A DNA stretch of 64,000 nucleotides. Source: an uncultured delta proteobacterium. GTDB taxonomy: Bacteria > Desulfobacterota > Desulfobacteria > Desulfobacterales > JAHEIW01. A program made the translations under genes and the position numbers. The stretch covers positions 192,001 to 256,000 of the forward strand of contig CAVPNL010000001.1 of the NCBI GenBank assembly GCA_963706575.1, read 5' to 3'. Positions 28,289 through 37,828 of the stretch are shown here, in pieces (the stretch's first letter is position 1; each line of letters starts with the position of its first letter). A model generated the notes under the pieces. It made no database searches, was not told the DNA's origin, and saw nothing but the letters and a program-made list of their open reading frames with translations.

Positions 28289-29356
28289 TTACGGAATCTT
28301 AATTCGTTTCATAGCCTGTTCCATCAAGAGCTGGCGGCCGCTTTTAGCGCCAATGACGGATTGCGTCTTGCGCTGGCTCCATACGGTTTCCGGGCGGGCC
28401 TGAACAATAAACATGTTTTCCGGAAACGGGATATCTTTATCAATGGCCCATTCGATATCCATGGGGCGGCCGTAATGGTTTTCGATATTTTTAGCAGCGC
28501 TGACCAGCGCTTTGATTTCGTCATCGGCCAGGCAGCAGGTGCACTGCATATCTTCAGCGACATCCGCGTCGACGGTTTCCCCTTTTTCCAGATCATAGAC
28601 ACATTCGATGTGTTTGGTTGATATGGTCCTTTCATTGATTTCCAGCATGACCTTATCGACCACAAATTTATCCGGGTTGACAGAACCGGAAACCACGGTT
28701 TCGCCCAGTCCCCAGCTGCCCTCGATGAGGACCTTGGAAATATCACCGTTGGTCGGGTTCAGCGTAAACATAACCCCGGCGGCTTTTGAATTGACCATTT
28801 TCTGAATGCCTACACTGATGAGGACCTTGTCATGGGGAAAGTCGTTCTTAATGCGGTAAGCGATTGCGCGGGGGGTATATAAGCTGGCCCAGCAATTCTG
28901 AACTTTGCGGATAATCTGATCCGCTCCCTGAATCCAGAGATAGGTGTCCTGCTGACCGGCGAAGCTGGCGGTGGGTAAATCTTCAGCGGTCGCGCTTGAG
29001 CGCACCGCTACGGGAATCGATTCCACGGCACATTTTTCACACAGTCCGGAATATCCATCCTTGATGGCCTCGCTGACAGCATCCGGCATTGGGGTCTTTT
29101 TGATTAACGCCTGCACGTCGGCGCTGGCATTATTGAGGGCCGCCACATCATCGGGGTTCAGATCGGAAACCCTATCGATAATCCGGGTTTTAATATCGGC
29201 ATCGGTAATGAATAATAAATAACTGTCAGTAGTTACCGCAAATCCGGGCGGGACCCGAATAGCGGCTTTGATCATTTCTCCCAGGCTGGCATTCTTGCCG
29301 CCGACAATGGGGATTGAATTTTTATCCAGTTTTTCGAAATCCAGGATATAATCCAT
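28289..29356 (-). CDS. ppsB: Phenylphosphate synthase beta-like (stand-alone ATP-grasp domain of the PEP synthase family)
   Basis: GGKNASLGEM, VAVRSSATAED, SFAGQQDT, DIEWA, VQARPET. Confidence 0.82.
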   Translation of the reverse strand: MDYILDFEKLDKNSIPIVGGKNASLGEMIKAAIRVPPGFAVTTDSYLLFITDADIKTRIIDRVSDLNPDDVAALNNASADVQALIKKTPMPDAVSEAIKDGYSGLCEKCAVESIPVAVRSSATAEDLPTASFAGQQDTYLWIQGADQIIRKVQNCWASLYTPRAIAYRIKNDFPHDKVLISVGIQKMVNSKAAGVMFTLNPTNGDISKVLIEGSWGLGETVVSGSVNPDKFVVDKVMLEINERTISTKHIECVYDLEKGETVDADVAEDMQCTCCLADDEIKALVSAAKNIENHYGRPMDIEWAIDKDIPFPENMFIVQARPETVWSQRKTQSVIGAKSGRQLLMEQAMKRIKIP

Positions 29357-29381
29357 ATTTGCTTCCTTCATAGCCTACCAT

Positions 29382-29414
29382 CTGAAACCCCCTCCCTAAG
29401 GGAAGGGGTTTCAG
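29382..29414. other. Intergenic stem-loop between ppsA and ppsB
   Basis: CTGAAACCCCCTCCC-TAA-GGGAAGGGGTTTCAG. Confidence 0.65.
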
Positions 29415-29487
29415 CATGGAGGCTCAATTTGCATGGTCCAGATTGGCACTAAAGGCTAAAGCTTTTCAGGATAACCGCGTAAAGTGG

Positions 29488-31344
29488 TTAGCCTGCTCGT
29501 TTAACAATCTCGACCACCCCGCTGTCGCCGTCCACTTTGACGATATCGCCGGTTTTGATCACCGATGTGGATATCCCGGTGCCGGTAACAGACGGTACGC
29601 CATACTCACGGCAGACGATGGCGGCGTGGCTGGTCAGTCCGCCAATGTCAGTCACCGCGGCTTTGATTTTGGTAAACACGGGTGCCCAGGACGGATTGGT
29701 GGACGGGCAGACCAGGACCTCACCGGGCTGCAAATCCACAATGTCTTTGAGCCGTTTCAGCACACGGGCCGGGCCCTCGGCGAGACCGGCCGAAGAGGCG
29801 AAACCTTTGATTTCAGAAACATCCTCGCCTGCGGTTGCGTCGACACCCTTGAGCCATTCTTTCACTTTATCCGTGGTGATACCCCACAGCATAATCGTAA
29901 AAGGTTCGGCCACTTCTTCGGGCGGGACGCCCAGAGCCGGGATGGGGTTCCAGTTGCCGGCGGCTTCAAGGATTTTTTTGCGCTTTTCGGCTTTAGCTTT
30001 ATAGTAGTCTCCTCGCATGGGGATATCCACACCCAGCGCCCAGCCGGTTGACACTTCGGTCAGCAGTTGCGGAATTTCATAGCGGTTAAACATAAAGATG
30101 TCATCGACTTCGTTTAACATCCCGTTGTTAACCAGCAGTGTTCCCAATTCTCTGATCTTGGCAAACCAGATGGTGTGGAACCAGTGCTCAACCCAGAAGA
30201 GGTGATCCTCGGCGTATGTATAAATGGTTCTGACCGTGTTGTAAGCATCATCAAAGGCTTTTCGATCGTCGTCGGTTTTGATGAGTTTGCGATATTCGGC
30301 CACAATTTCATCTCTTTGTTTTTCAATCTCATCCAGTGAGCGCTCGATGTTCTCGCCGTTTTCCAGCCGTTCGACATAGCCTTTAATGTAACTGTAAGGA
30401 ATGGACGGATCGGTCAGCCAGCTGCCCTCATAATGAAACCAGCCGCTGCCGCAGGATACATAAAACCACGGGTCTTTGGCTTTCTCATACTCTGCCAGCC
30501 AATTTTTTCCATTCTCTGTGTTTTGAAGTTCGGCGACCTTGTCTTCCACCGACTTGTCACTCTTGAGAATAGCGGAAACTTCCTTGGCGGAAGCCGCCAT
30601 TTTGGAAAGGCGGCAAAGCTCTTCTTCAGGCTTGAACATGGATACATAGGCGCCGGCCACCATTTTGCCGATGGCACTTTCACTGATACCGGGAAAAAGC
30701 TTGCGGGCGACATCGGCAAACATCAGATAGGCCAGGTAGGTCAGGTTCAGCATCTCGAAATGATACTGCCAGCCCTTAAACATCTGGTTGACCAGTTTGT
30801 CAAAGGACTCAATCAAATAGTAACTGTCGTACACCCCGGTGGGCGCCGGCAGCACCTGATCCTCGGGAACATATTTCGGCAATTCGCTGGGGACCCTCAC
30901 CGCGGCCATTTCTTCGCCGAGCGCTTTAAACTTGGTCAACCATTTGTCCCAGAGTTCATTATAATGTTCAAATACATAAAATACGCGTTTTTCAAAATAC
31001 CCGGCTTTCTCACCGATGATTTCTTCCGGTGGCGGGGCGATAGCGCAGATGTACATGTAACATCCCACCATTCGTTGGGCGATTCCCTGTGCCGGTGGAA
31101 TACAGAATACGCGGGTGGTATACTGTGACAGGGAAATCTGCCAGGCTTCCTGAAAAATCAAATCCAGTGGCGGCATGGGCTCCGGGGCATGGATTTTGTC
31201 CTGATACCAGAATTGGGCCTTTTCCCAATCTGATCTGTCTTCTGAAAACAGGTGGTGGGAGGGGTACATTTCTTCCCAGCCTTCAAGTTCAGGAGGGACC
31301 TGAAACTCATGCGGGTCCGGGAATCTTCCAGATTGATCGGTCAT
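29488..31344 (-). CDS. ppsA: Phenylphosphate synthase alpha-like (substrate domain plus phosphohistidine swivel)
   Basis: GWEEMYP N-terminus; C-terminal TDIGGLTSHAAIVCREYG phospho-His motif. Confidence 0.82.
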   Translation of the reverse strand: MTDQSGRFPDPHEFQVPPELEGWEEMYPSHHLFSEDRSDWEKAQFWYQDKIHAPEPMPPLDLIFQEAWQISLSQYTTRVFCIPPAQGIAQRMVGCYMYICAIAPPPEEIIGEKAGYFEKRVFYVFEHYNELWDKWLTKFKALGEEMAAVRVPSELPKYVPEDQVLPAPTGVYDSYYLIESFDKLVNQMFKGWQYHFEMLNLTYLAYLMFADVARKLFPGISESAIGKMVAGAYVSMFKPEEELCRLSKMAASAKEVSAILKSDKSVEDKVAELQNTENGKNWLAEYEKAKDPWFYVSCGSGWFHYEGSWLTDPSIPYSYIKGYVERLENGENIERSLDEIEKQRDEIVAEYRKLIKTDDDRKAFDDAYNTVRTIYTYAEDHLFWVEHWFHTIWFAKIRELGTLLVNNGMLNEVDDIFMFNRYEIPQLLTEVSTGWALGVDIPMRGDYYKAKAEKRKKILEAAGNWNPIPALGVPPEEVAEPFTIMLWGITTDKVKEWLKGVDATAGEDVSEIKGFASSAGLAEGPARVLKRLKDIVDLQPGEVLVCPSTNPSWAPVFTKIKAAVTDIGGLTSHAAIVCREYGVPSVTGTGISTSVIKTGDIVKVDGDSGVVEIVKRAG

Positions 31345-31528
31345 TTTCTTCCTCCTTTCGGTGGTGGGTTAAAGATGCGTTGCGAGAAAAATGTTGCATG
31401 CAAATCATTTAATAGGCTTTCGGTCGGAGGAACTGAAACTCAGAAAGGAACTCAGAGTCAGTTGAGGTGAGAGCACAGAAGCCTGAAATTAAATAAGATT
31501 TATTTTCTATGAAGGAATTAAATAAATC

Positions 31529-31572
31529 TGTCAATCCAATTTAATTTATGTTATGCATAACTTTTAGTTATG
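31529..31572 (-). promoter_or_regulatory. LysR box and -35 of the pps operon
   Basis: CATAAC-TTTTA-GTTATG (T-N11-A) 21 bp from minus-strand TTGACA. Confidence 0.7.
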
Positions 31573-31607
31573 GATAAATTTGACCTATAAAAAAAAGTAA
31601 GGATGCC

Positions 31608-32594
31608 ATGTTGAATTTTAACCAGTTCCGTGTCTTTTATTATGCCGCCAAAAACTTGAATTTCACCGTTGCCGCCGGAGAGCTGTTCATTACCCAGCCG
31701 GCCGTTACCTCTCAGATCAAATCGTTCGAGGAGTTTTGCAACCTGAAGCTGTTTAAAAAAAGAGGACGCCGGATCTACCTGACAGATGAGGGCAAATCTC
31801 TTTATGTGCATGCGGCCAAAATTTTTAAATATGAAAAAGAAATCGAACACATCATTGATGATATGCGTGAACTCAAGCGCGGAATCCTCAGTTTAGGGAC
31901 GACGAAAGCTTACGCGCGTTATTTTATGCCGCTGATGATCACCACGTTTCATAAAAACTATCCCAACATTAAAATACAGCTGAACGAAGGCAGTTCACTG
32001 GAAATGATCCACAGTTTGCTGGATTTTAAAATAGAGGTGGCGGTGATTGCCAGGACAGAAGATAACCCGGAGGTCCATTTTCTCCCGTTTAGCCGGGAAG
32101 AAATGGCGGTCATCGTTTCAACGGATCATCATTTGAGCAGGGAAAAAGCGACCACCTTTAAAGCGCTGTCTGCAGAACCCTTTATTATGAAAGAAAAAGG
32201 CTCAGGGACGCGCAAGCTGGTGGAAGAATTATTTGAAGCCGAGCAATGCACGCCTGACATTTTGATGGAAACCAGCAATACCGAGTTCATCAAACAGCTG
32301 GTGCAGCGCGGAGAAGGGGTTTCGTTTGTCGTGCGGGAAGCGGTTGCCGCCGAACTGAAAGAAAAGAAGCTGATTGCCGTTCCCCTGAAAGACCCAACAG
32401 TGTATCTGGATGTCAGCATTGCCTACCTGAAAGGCCAGGTGCTTTCGCCGCCGGCCAGAGCCTTTGTCGATACCTTAATCGGTTTGAAGTCAGACGATTT
32501 GCACCCCATGGGAATCGGTCTGATGATGGCCAAAATGCTTACCCAGCGCAAGGAGGAGCAAAGAAAAATTTCGAAAATGAGGAAGTCCATATGA
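31608..32594 (+). CDS. LysR family regulator
   Basis: NFTVAAGELFITQPAVTSQIK HTH, LTDEG; divergent from ppsA. Confidence 0.95.
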   Translation: MLNFNQFRVFYYAAKNLNFTVAAGELFITQPAVTSQIKSFEEFCNLKLFKKRGRRIYLTDEGKSLYVHAAKIFKYEKEIEHIIDDMRELKRGILSLGTTKAYARYFMPLMITTFHKNYPNIKIQLNEGSSLEMIHSLLDFKIEVAVIARTEDNPEVHFLPFSREEMAVIVSTDHHLSREKATTFKALSAEPFIMKEKGSGTRKLVEELFEAEQCTPDILMETSNTEFIKQLVQRGEGVSFVVREAVAAELKEKKLIAVPLKDPTVYLDVSIAYLKGQVLSPPARAFVDTLIGLKSDDLHPMGIGLMMAKMLTQRKEEQRKISKMRKSI

Positions 32595-33190
32595 GCGATC
32601 GACCTGTTTTCAAGCAAATTTATCAACTTGCCCAACCGTATCTAAACACGCGCTACAATGATGTCCACACTGAGATGTCCATGCAGCTTGCATACCAACT
32701 GCTAAGTGCCGAGGGAGGTCAGGAAAGTATTGTGATTCCGGCTATCATTCTGCACGATGTCGGCTGGCAAAAAGTTCCGGTAGCGCTTCATCTGAAGGCA
32801 TTTGGTCCTAAGGCAACCTCACCGGAGATAAACAGGACTCACGAGAAAGAAGGCGTAAAGATCGCCCGAAAAATTTTAACAGAGATTAATTATGATAAGG
32901 AAAAAATTACTGAAATACTCAAAATTATTGACGGCCATGATTCCAGAAAAAATTCTATTTCGTTAAATGATCGGATCGTTAAAGACGCAGACAAGCTCTG
33001 GCGCTATACTCAAAAAGGGTTTGAGGTAGACAACAATCGATTTGAAGAGACCGTCGCTGAAGGATTAAACCGCCTGCGCAAATATTTAGCCAGGTGGTTT
33101 TATACGGATACGGCCTTTCAAATCGCAAAAGATGAACTCCAACAGCGGGAAAGAGAAGCTGACAATGATTCGAGGCTGGCCGGTAATTAG
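32591..33190 (+). CDS. HD domain phosphohydrolase
   Basis: VHT...LHDVGW...HEKEG...HD...VKDADKL; ATGA overlap with lysR. Confidence 0.85.
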   Translation: MSDRPVFKQIYQLAQPYLNTRYNDVHTEMSMQLAYQLLSAEGGQESIVIPAIILHDVGWQKVPVALHLKAFGPKATSPEINRTHEKEGVKIARKILTEINYDKEKITEILKIIDGHDSRKNSISLNDRIVKDADKLWRYTQKGFEVDNNRFEETVAEGLNRLRKYLARWFYTDTAFQIAKDELQQREREADNDSRLAGN

Positions 33191-33716
33191 TCGTGAGCAG
33201 GTTGGGGATTTTGGGCTCTTTTCATTGATTCAAAAAACGGTGCGCTCAGCACGCACGGGCGAAATCAGAGAGGTGCAGGCGATCCAATTTCCAGACTGGG
33301 TGTTGGTCCTTGCACTCACGCCGCAAGAGGAAGTCGTGATGGTGCGTCAATTCCGCCACGGCACCGAGCAGGTCTGTTTGGAGTTGCCCGGCGGGTTGGT
33401 GGATTCGGGTGACGATTCACCCGAATTATCCGCTCAGCGGGAACTGCTGGAAGAGACCGGATATCAAGCCGATGAAGTTGTACTTCTGGGAGAATGTTGC
33501 CCGCAGCCGGCGGTTTTGACCAATAAATGTCTTTTTTATCTGGCCCAAAATGCTGTCCGGGTTCAAACCCAGAACCTGGATGCCGGTGAGGATATCGAAA
33601 TTTTGGAAGTTCCTTTAAAAGAGATTGCGGCTAAAATCAGAAACGAGGAAATCGATCACGGCATGGTGCTATTGGCCTTCTTCTATTTCTGGATGAAACA
33701 GGGGCAGATGGGATAG
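33165..33716 (+). CDS. NUDIX hydrolase (ADP-ribose pyrophosphatase-like)
   Basis: VRQFRH, ELPGGLVD...AQRELLEETGY. Confidence 0.9.
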   Translation: MIRGWPVISREQVGDFGLFSLIQKTVRSARTGEIREVQAIQFPDWVLVLALTPQEEVVMVRQFRHGTEQVCLELPGGLVDSGDDSPELSAQRELLEETGYQADEVVLLGECCPQPAVLTNKCLFYLAQNAVRVQTQNLDAGEDIEILEVPLKEIAAKIRNEEIDHGMVLLAFFYFWMKQGQMG

Positions 33717-33722
33717 AAAAAT

Positions 33723-35093
33723 ATGCAGCCTGCTACGCCTGAGCACCTGCCAAATATTTTATCGTTTAAGCGTCGTCTGTTTCTTGGTTTCCTGTTGAGT
33801 ATCATTCCTATCCTATTCATTGCCGGCGCGGTATCCATTCCATTTTATTTTGAATCTTCCACGATTCTCTATAAATTCGGATCTGACAGGCAGCTTTTGC
33901 GTTCGGGTCAAGTGGTGGGAATGGTTGCCGGGTGTCTGCTGCTGTTGCAAATCATCCTGGGCGCGCGTTTGAAATTTCTTGATCGGGTCTTCGGTCTTAG
34001 CAATCTTTTCAGGTTTCATCGTATTTCCGGTTTCAGCATTGCCTTTCTGATTAGCCTACATCCCATCCTGATATTCATTCCCGAAAACAGGATTTTCATT
34101 CCGCTTAAATTGCGCTACTGGCCTGAATTTGTCGGCCTCCTTCTTTTGTTGCTGATTATCTTCACATTGATTTCCAGCCATTGGCGGGCCCGGCTGGGGC
34201 TCTCCTTTCACCGCTGGTGGACAATTCATCGATGGACGGCCGTCTTGATCGTCATTACCTTTTGGGTTCATGTATCATCTGTCAGTGATACTTTCGAGCA
34301 GAAGCTGCCACAAATGCTTGCTTTCTGCGCAATGGGCTTCTGCGGGCTGTTATTTTTCTCGATCAGAATCCGCCCCTTAAGAAACCGCCGAAGATCTTTT
34401 CTGGTTTCAACGATTGAACCGGTTGGAGAAGATGCCATGTGTCTGGAGATTATCTCAAAGACAAAGAATAAATTTAGTTATCTGCCGGGCCAGTTCAGTT
34501 TCTCCACTTTTTTCTCGAACCATATTTCAAGGGAGGAGCATCCTTTCTCTTTGACCTCCACTCCCACAAGGACTTCCTGCCTTCAATTTATTGTTCGCAC
34601 CACTGGCGATTGGACACCTAAATTAAAAAATCTTCAGCCGGGAGACCGTGTTTTGCTGAATGGCCCTTTTGGACTGTTCAGTCATTTGCAGCTTCCCGCA
34701 AAAAACGAGATCATAATGATCGCAGGCGGGATTGGCATAACCCCGATGTTGAGTATGCTGCGGTATATGGCCGACTGCAATGATCAGCGCAAAATCACGC
34801 TGATATGGAGCAATCAAACCCGAAAGCATATCATCTTCCCGGATGAGTTCCAGAGCCTGGAAGCCCAATTAAAAGGGCTTCGCATCTTTCATGTCCTGAC
34901 CAGAGATCCTGAATTCTGGGGTGAAGCGGGGCGATTGGATAAACACAAGCTCAAAATGCTCCTTTCAGATTGTAGTCAATCATCGGCCATATTTGTCTGC
35001 GGCCCCCATCAAATGATGAAAGAAGTGCGCCGCTGCCTTGTTTCCCTTAATTTTTCGAAACATTTGATTTTCATGGAGCGATTCAGCTTATAG
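33723..35093 (+). CDS. Ferric reductase-like membrane protein with FAD/NAD-binding domain
   Basis: TM helices with paired His; EEHPFS, GDWT, GPFG, IAGGIGITP, VCGP, ERF. Confidence 0.88.
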   Translation: MQPATPEHLPNILSFKRRLFLGFLLSIIPILFIAGAVSIPFYFESSTILYKFGSDRQLLRSGQVVGMVAGCLLLLQIILGARLKFLDRVFGLSNLFRFHRISGFSIAFLISLHPILIFIPENRIFIPLKLRYWPEFVGLLLLLLIIFTLISSHWRARLGLSFHRWWTIHRWTAVLIVITFWVHVSSVSDTFEQKLPQMLAFCAMGFCGLLFFSIRIRPLRNRRRSFLVSTIEPVGEDAMCLEIISKTKNKFSYLPGQFSFSTFFSNHISREEHPFSLTSTPTRTSCLQFIVRTTGDWTPKLKNLQPGDRVLLNGPFGLFSHLQLPAKNEIIMIAGGIGITPMLSMLRYMADCNDQRKITLIWSNQTRKHIIFPDEFQSLEAQLKGLRIFHVLTRDPEFWGEAGRLDKHKLKMLLSDCSQSSAIFVCGPHQMMKEVRRCLVSLNFSKHLIFMERFSL

Positions 35094-35226
35094 TCCCTCA
35101 GCGTTGACATAAGCCACACCATACTTATATCTAAAATGAGCGTTTGAAATTTTAAAAATGGGGATACATCTTTATTCCAGAGGAATGCTATCGATTTATA
35201 TTTTTAAAATTTAAAACCCCTACGGG

Positions 35227-35326
35227 GATTGCCGATCTTACCGCATCTACCGCGTCAGATGCCGTTTCGCATAGTCAACTATAGCGGAACGACATCTTCC
35301 TTGTAGCTGCGGCAACCTCGACAATC
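35227..35326. repeat. Long nested palindrome (REP/MITE-like or structured RNA)
   Basis: Stems GATTGCCGA/TCGACAATC, CCGCATCTAC/GTAGCTGCGG, AGATGCCGTTTCGC/GCGGAACGACATCT, ATAG/CTAT. Confidence 0.65.
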
Positions 35327-35381
35327 GCTCAATTTAGATCTAATGATGAGCCTTTCAAATTTTAAAAGCAGGAGAAAACTC

Positions 35382-35975
35382 ATGCAAAAGACGGTTTCCA
35401 TATTTGTTGCGGTATTGGCTGTACTTCTAATTGATAGCTTTGCATTTGCAGAGGCAGAAAAATGGGAAATTGATAAAGCCCATTCAAATATCTACTTTGA
35501 TGTGAAACATACGTATGCCACCGTAAGAGGAAAGTTCGACGATTTTTCAGGCACGTTAAAATTTAATCCGGACAACCTGGCACTGAGCAGTGTAAAGTTT
35601 GAGGTCAAAACCAAAAGCATTAATACGGGTATTCCCAACCGTGATAATCATCTTCGGTCAGAAGAATTTTTCTCAGTGAACAAATATCCCTTCATGACCT
35701 TTGAATCTACAGATGTAAAACTGAAGAAAGGCAATCAATACACTTTAGAGGGAAATCTCACTATCAAAGGAAAAACAAATAATGTGGCTTTCCCATTCAC
35801 TTATTTCGGAACGCGTGAGAACCCGCTGAAAAAGGGAAAAACGGTTGCCGGTTTCGAAACCCGATTTTCCATTGATCGCCTGGAATACGAGGTCGGACCT
35901 GGAAAATACGCTGCAATGGGTATTATTGGAAGAAATGTTGATGTTTTAATTACACTTGAGGTACTCAAAGAATAA
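35382..35975 (+). CDS. YceI family protein
   Basis: Signal peptide; WEIDKAHS, RDNHLRSEEFF, GNLTIKG. Confidence 0.92.
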   Translation: MQKTVSIFVAVLAVLLIDSFAFAEAEKWEIDKAHSNIYFDVKHTYATVRGKFDDFSGTLKFNPDNLALSSVKFEVKTKSINTGIPNRDNHLRSEEFFSVNKYPFMTFESTDVKLKKGNQYTLEGNLTIKGKTNNVAFPFTYFGTRENPLKKGKTVAGFETRFSIDRLEYEVGPGKYAAMGIIGRNVDVLITLEVLKE

Positions 35976-36176
35976 TCGGTGAATCAAAAAAAGCAATCCA
36001 TCGACTTAAAGGTAGACCTGAGAATTTTTTATATTCGAATGAACTTCTTTACAGCCATAAAATATTCCGGTAAATAGACGGTGTTCAGATTTTCGATCCG
36101 GCAAAGCTAAAATTGTGTTATAGGTCGAGTAAAATCAATTCATAAAGATCCGGCGTAAGGAAAACGGTTTGCTGGA

Positions 36177-37124
36177 ATGATCAATCTTAATCAGCTCAGG
36201 GCATTTTATCAGGCCGCAAAATGTCAGAATGTGAGCCTGGCGGCCAAGGAGTTATTTGTCAGTCAGCCGGCGGTTACGGCACAGATAAAGCTGTTTGAAG
36301 AAAACTGTGGCCTGAAGCTTTTTAAAAAAAAAGGCCGCAACCGCTATCTTACCGACGAAGGCAAAACACTCTTCAATTACGCCCGAAAGATCTTCGAATA
36401 TGAAAAGAAAATCGAAGATGCTGTCGAGCAGATGAAGGAATTAAAGAAAGGCAGCCTTCGATTAGGCTCGGCCCGGACTTACGCCCGTTACTTCATGCCT
36501 TTTTTACTCACCGGATTCCGTGACGCTTACCCGCAGATTAAAATTCATTTCGATGAAGGCAGTTCCCTGGAAATGATCAACAGCCTGATCGATTTGAAAA
36601 ACGAAGTGGTGATCATCGCCAGAGCCGATGATCATCCGAACATTGCCTTCATTCCTTTCAGCCGGGAGGAACTGGTGCTCATATTACCGCCCAATCATCC
36701 TTTGGCAGATAAAGATAGCATCCGTTTTGAACAAATCGCCGCCGCGCCCATTATCATGAAAGACCCGGGTTCCGGGACCCGCAAACTGGTAGACGAATTA
36801 TTCGCTAAAAATAATTGTACGCCCAATATTTTGATGGAAACCGGGGACGCTGAAATCATCAAGCTGCTGGTGCAGCATGGAGAGGGGGTCTCGTTTCTGG
36901 TGAAAGAGGCAGCGGCCGTCGAACTGCATGAAAAAAAACTGGTCACCGTTCCTTTGAAGAAACATTCAATTTTCTTAGATGTCAGTATCGCTTACCTCAG
37001 GCAGCAGCCGCTTTCACCTGCTGCAAAGGCGTTTCTAAAGAGTCTGGAGAATTTAGGGACTAAGAAAATGCGTTTCCAGGGGATGGGCGCCCTGATGGCA
37101 AAAATGCTTGCCGATGAAAGATGA
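36177..37124 (+). CDS. LysR family regulator (paralog of 31608-32594)
   Basis: SQPAVTAQIK HTH; shares YARYFMP, EGSSLEMI, GSGTRKLV with the first LysR. Confidence 0.95.
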   Translation: MINLNQLRAFYQAAKCQNVSLAAKELFVSQPAVTAQIKLFEENCGLKLFKKKGRNRYLTDEGKTLFNYARKIFEYEKKIEDAVEQMKELKKGSLRLGSARTYARYFMPFLLTGFRDAYPQIKIHFDEGSSLEMINSLIDLKNEVVIIARADDHPNIAFIPFSREELVLILPPNHPLADKDSIRFEQIAAAPIIMKDPGSGTRKLVDELFAKNNCTPNILMETGDAEIIKLLVQHGEGVSFLVKEAAAVELHEKKLVTVPLKKHSIFLDVSIAYLRQQPLSPAAKAFLKSLENLGTKKMRFQGMGALMAKMLADER

Positions 37125-37290
37125 TTATCTGGTCTAACCTATCAATTGCCAAAATAGTTATTTCCAGTTTCATAAAAATTTGTTACGTGTTATCTCAATA
37201 AATCTGTAATGAGTTGAGATTTGGTTTTCTGGCAAAAAATTGCGAATAAATTTTGCATTTAATCAGTCAGCGCAAACAAAAGGAGGGATT

Positions 37291-37626
37291 ATGCCCGGTA
37301 AATTCGAATTGAAAAAAGGCAAAAGTGGAAAGTTCTCGTTTAATCTTAAAGCTGCCAATGGACAGGTGATTCTGACGAGTCAAGCTTACAAAACCAAAGC
37401 GGCTGCGAAAAATGGAATTAAATCTGTTTGTACGAACTGCGGGAAGAAGGCCAATTTTGAACAGAAGACATCAAAGAAGGGCGAACCCTACTTTGTTATG
37501 TTGGCCTCTAATAAGCAGGTTATTGGCAAAAGTCAGATGTATGCCAGCAAGACGTCAATGCAGAATGGCATTGCATCTGTTGAGAAAAATGCGTCCAAAG
37601 CCCAGGTTAAGGATTTAAGCGCCTAG
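37291..37626 (+). CDS. YegP/DUF1508 family protein
   Basis: Two repeats: FNLKAANGQVILTSQAY and FVMLASNKQVIGKSQMY; GGAGG RBS. Confidence 0.9.
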   Translation: MPGKFELKKGKSGKFSFNLKAANGQVILTSQAYKTKAAAKNGIKSVCTNCGKKANFEQKTSKKGEPYFVMLASNKQVIGKSQMYASKTSMQNGIASVEKNASKAQVKDLSA

Positions 37627-37722
37627 CTTATTTTAATCGGAATGTCCCGGATGAGTAAATGGTCTATAGCAAAAGGGATTTAACACTTCAGTTATTATTA
37701 AATTGATATATTCAGTTTGAAG

Positions 37723-37797
37723 ATGAGTGGTCAGCGTTATCACTTTTTGGGGTGATTTGAAAGATGAATCCTAAAGGTATCTGACCACTCATTTTTT
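37723..37797. terminator. Putative terminator between convergent genes
   Basis: ATGAGTGGTCAG...CTGACCACTCAT followed by a T-run; long loop. Confidence 0.5.
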
Positions 37798-37828
37798 CGC
37801 AATGTATCACATCATTTCACAGCGACAA

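Noticed and set aside
28289..31344. Split or pseudogenised PEP synthase
   Set aside because: Both ORFs are intact with their own RBS, the domain order is reversed, there is no pyruvate-binding barrel, and the UbiD neighbour fits phenylphosphate synthase
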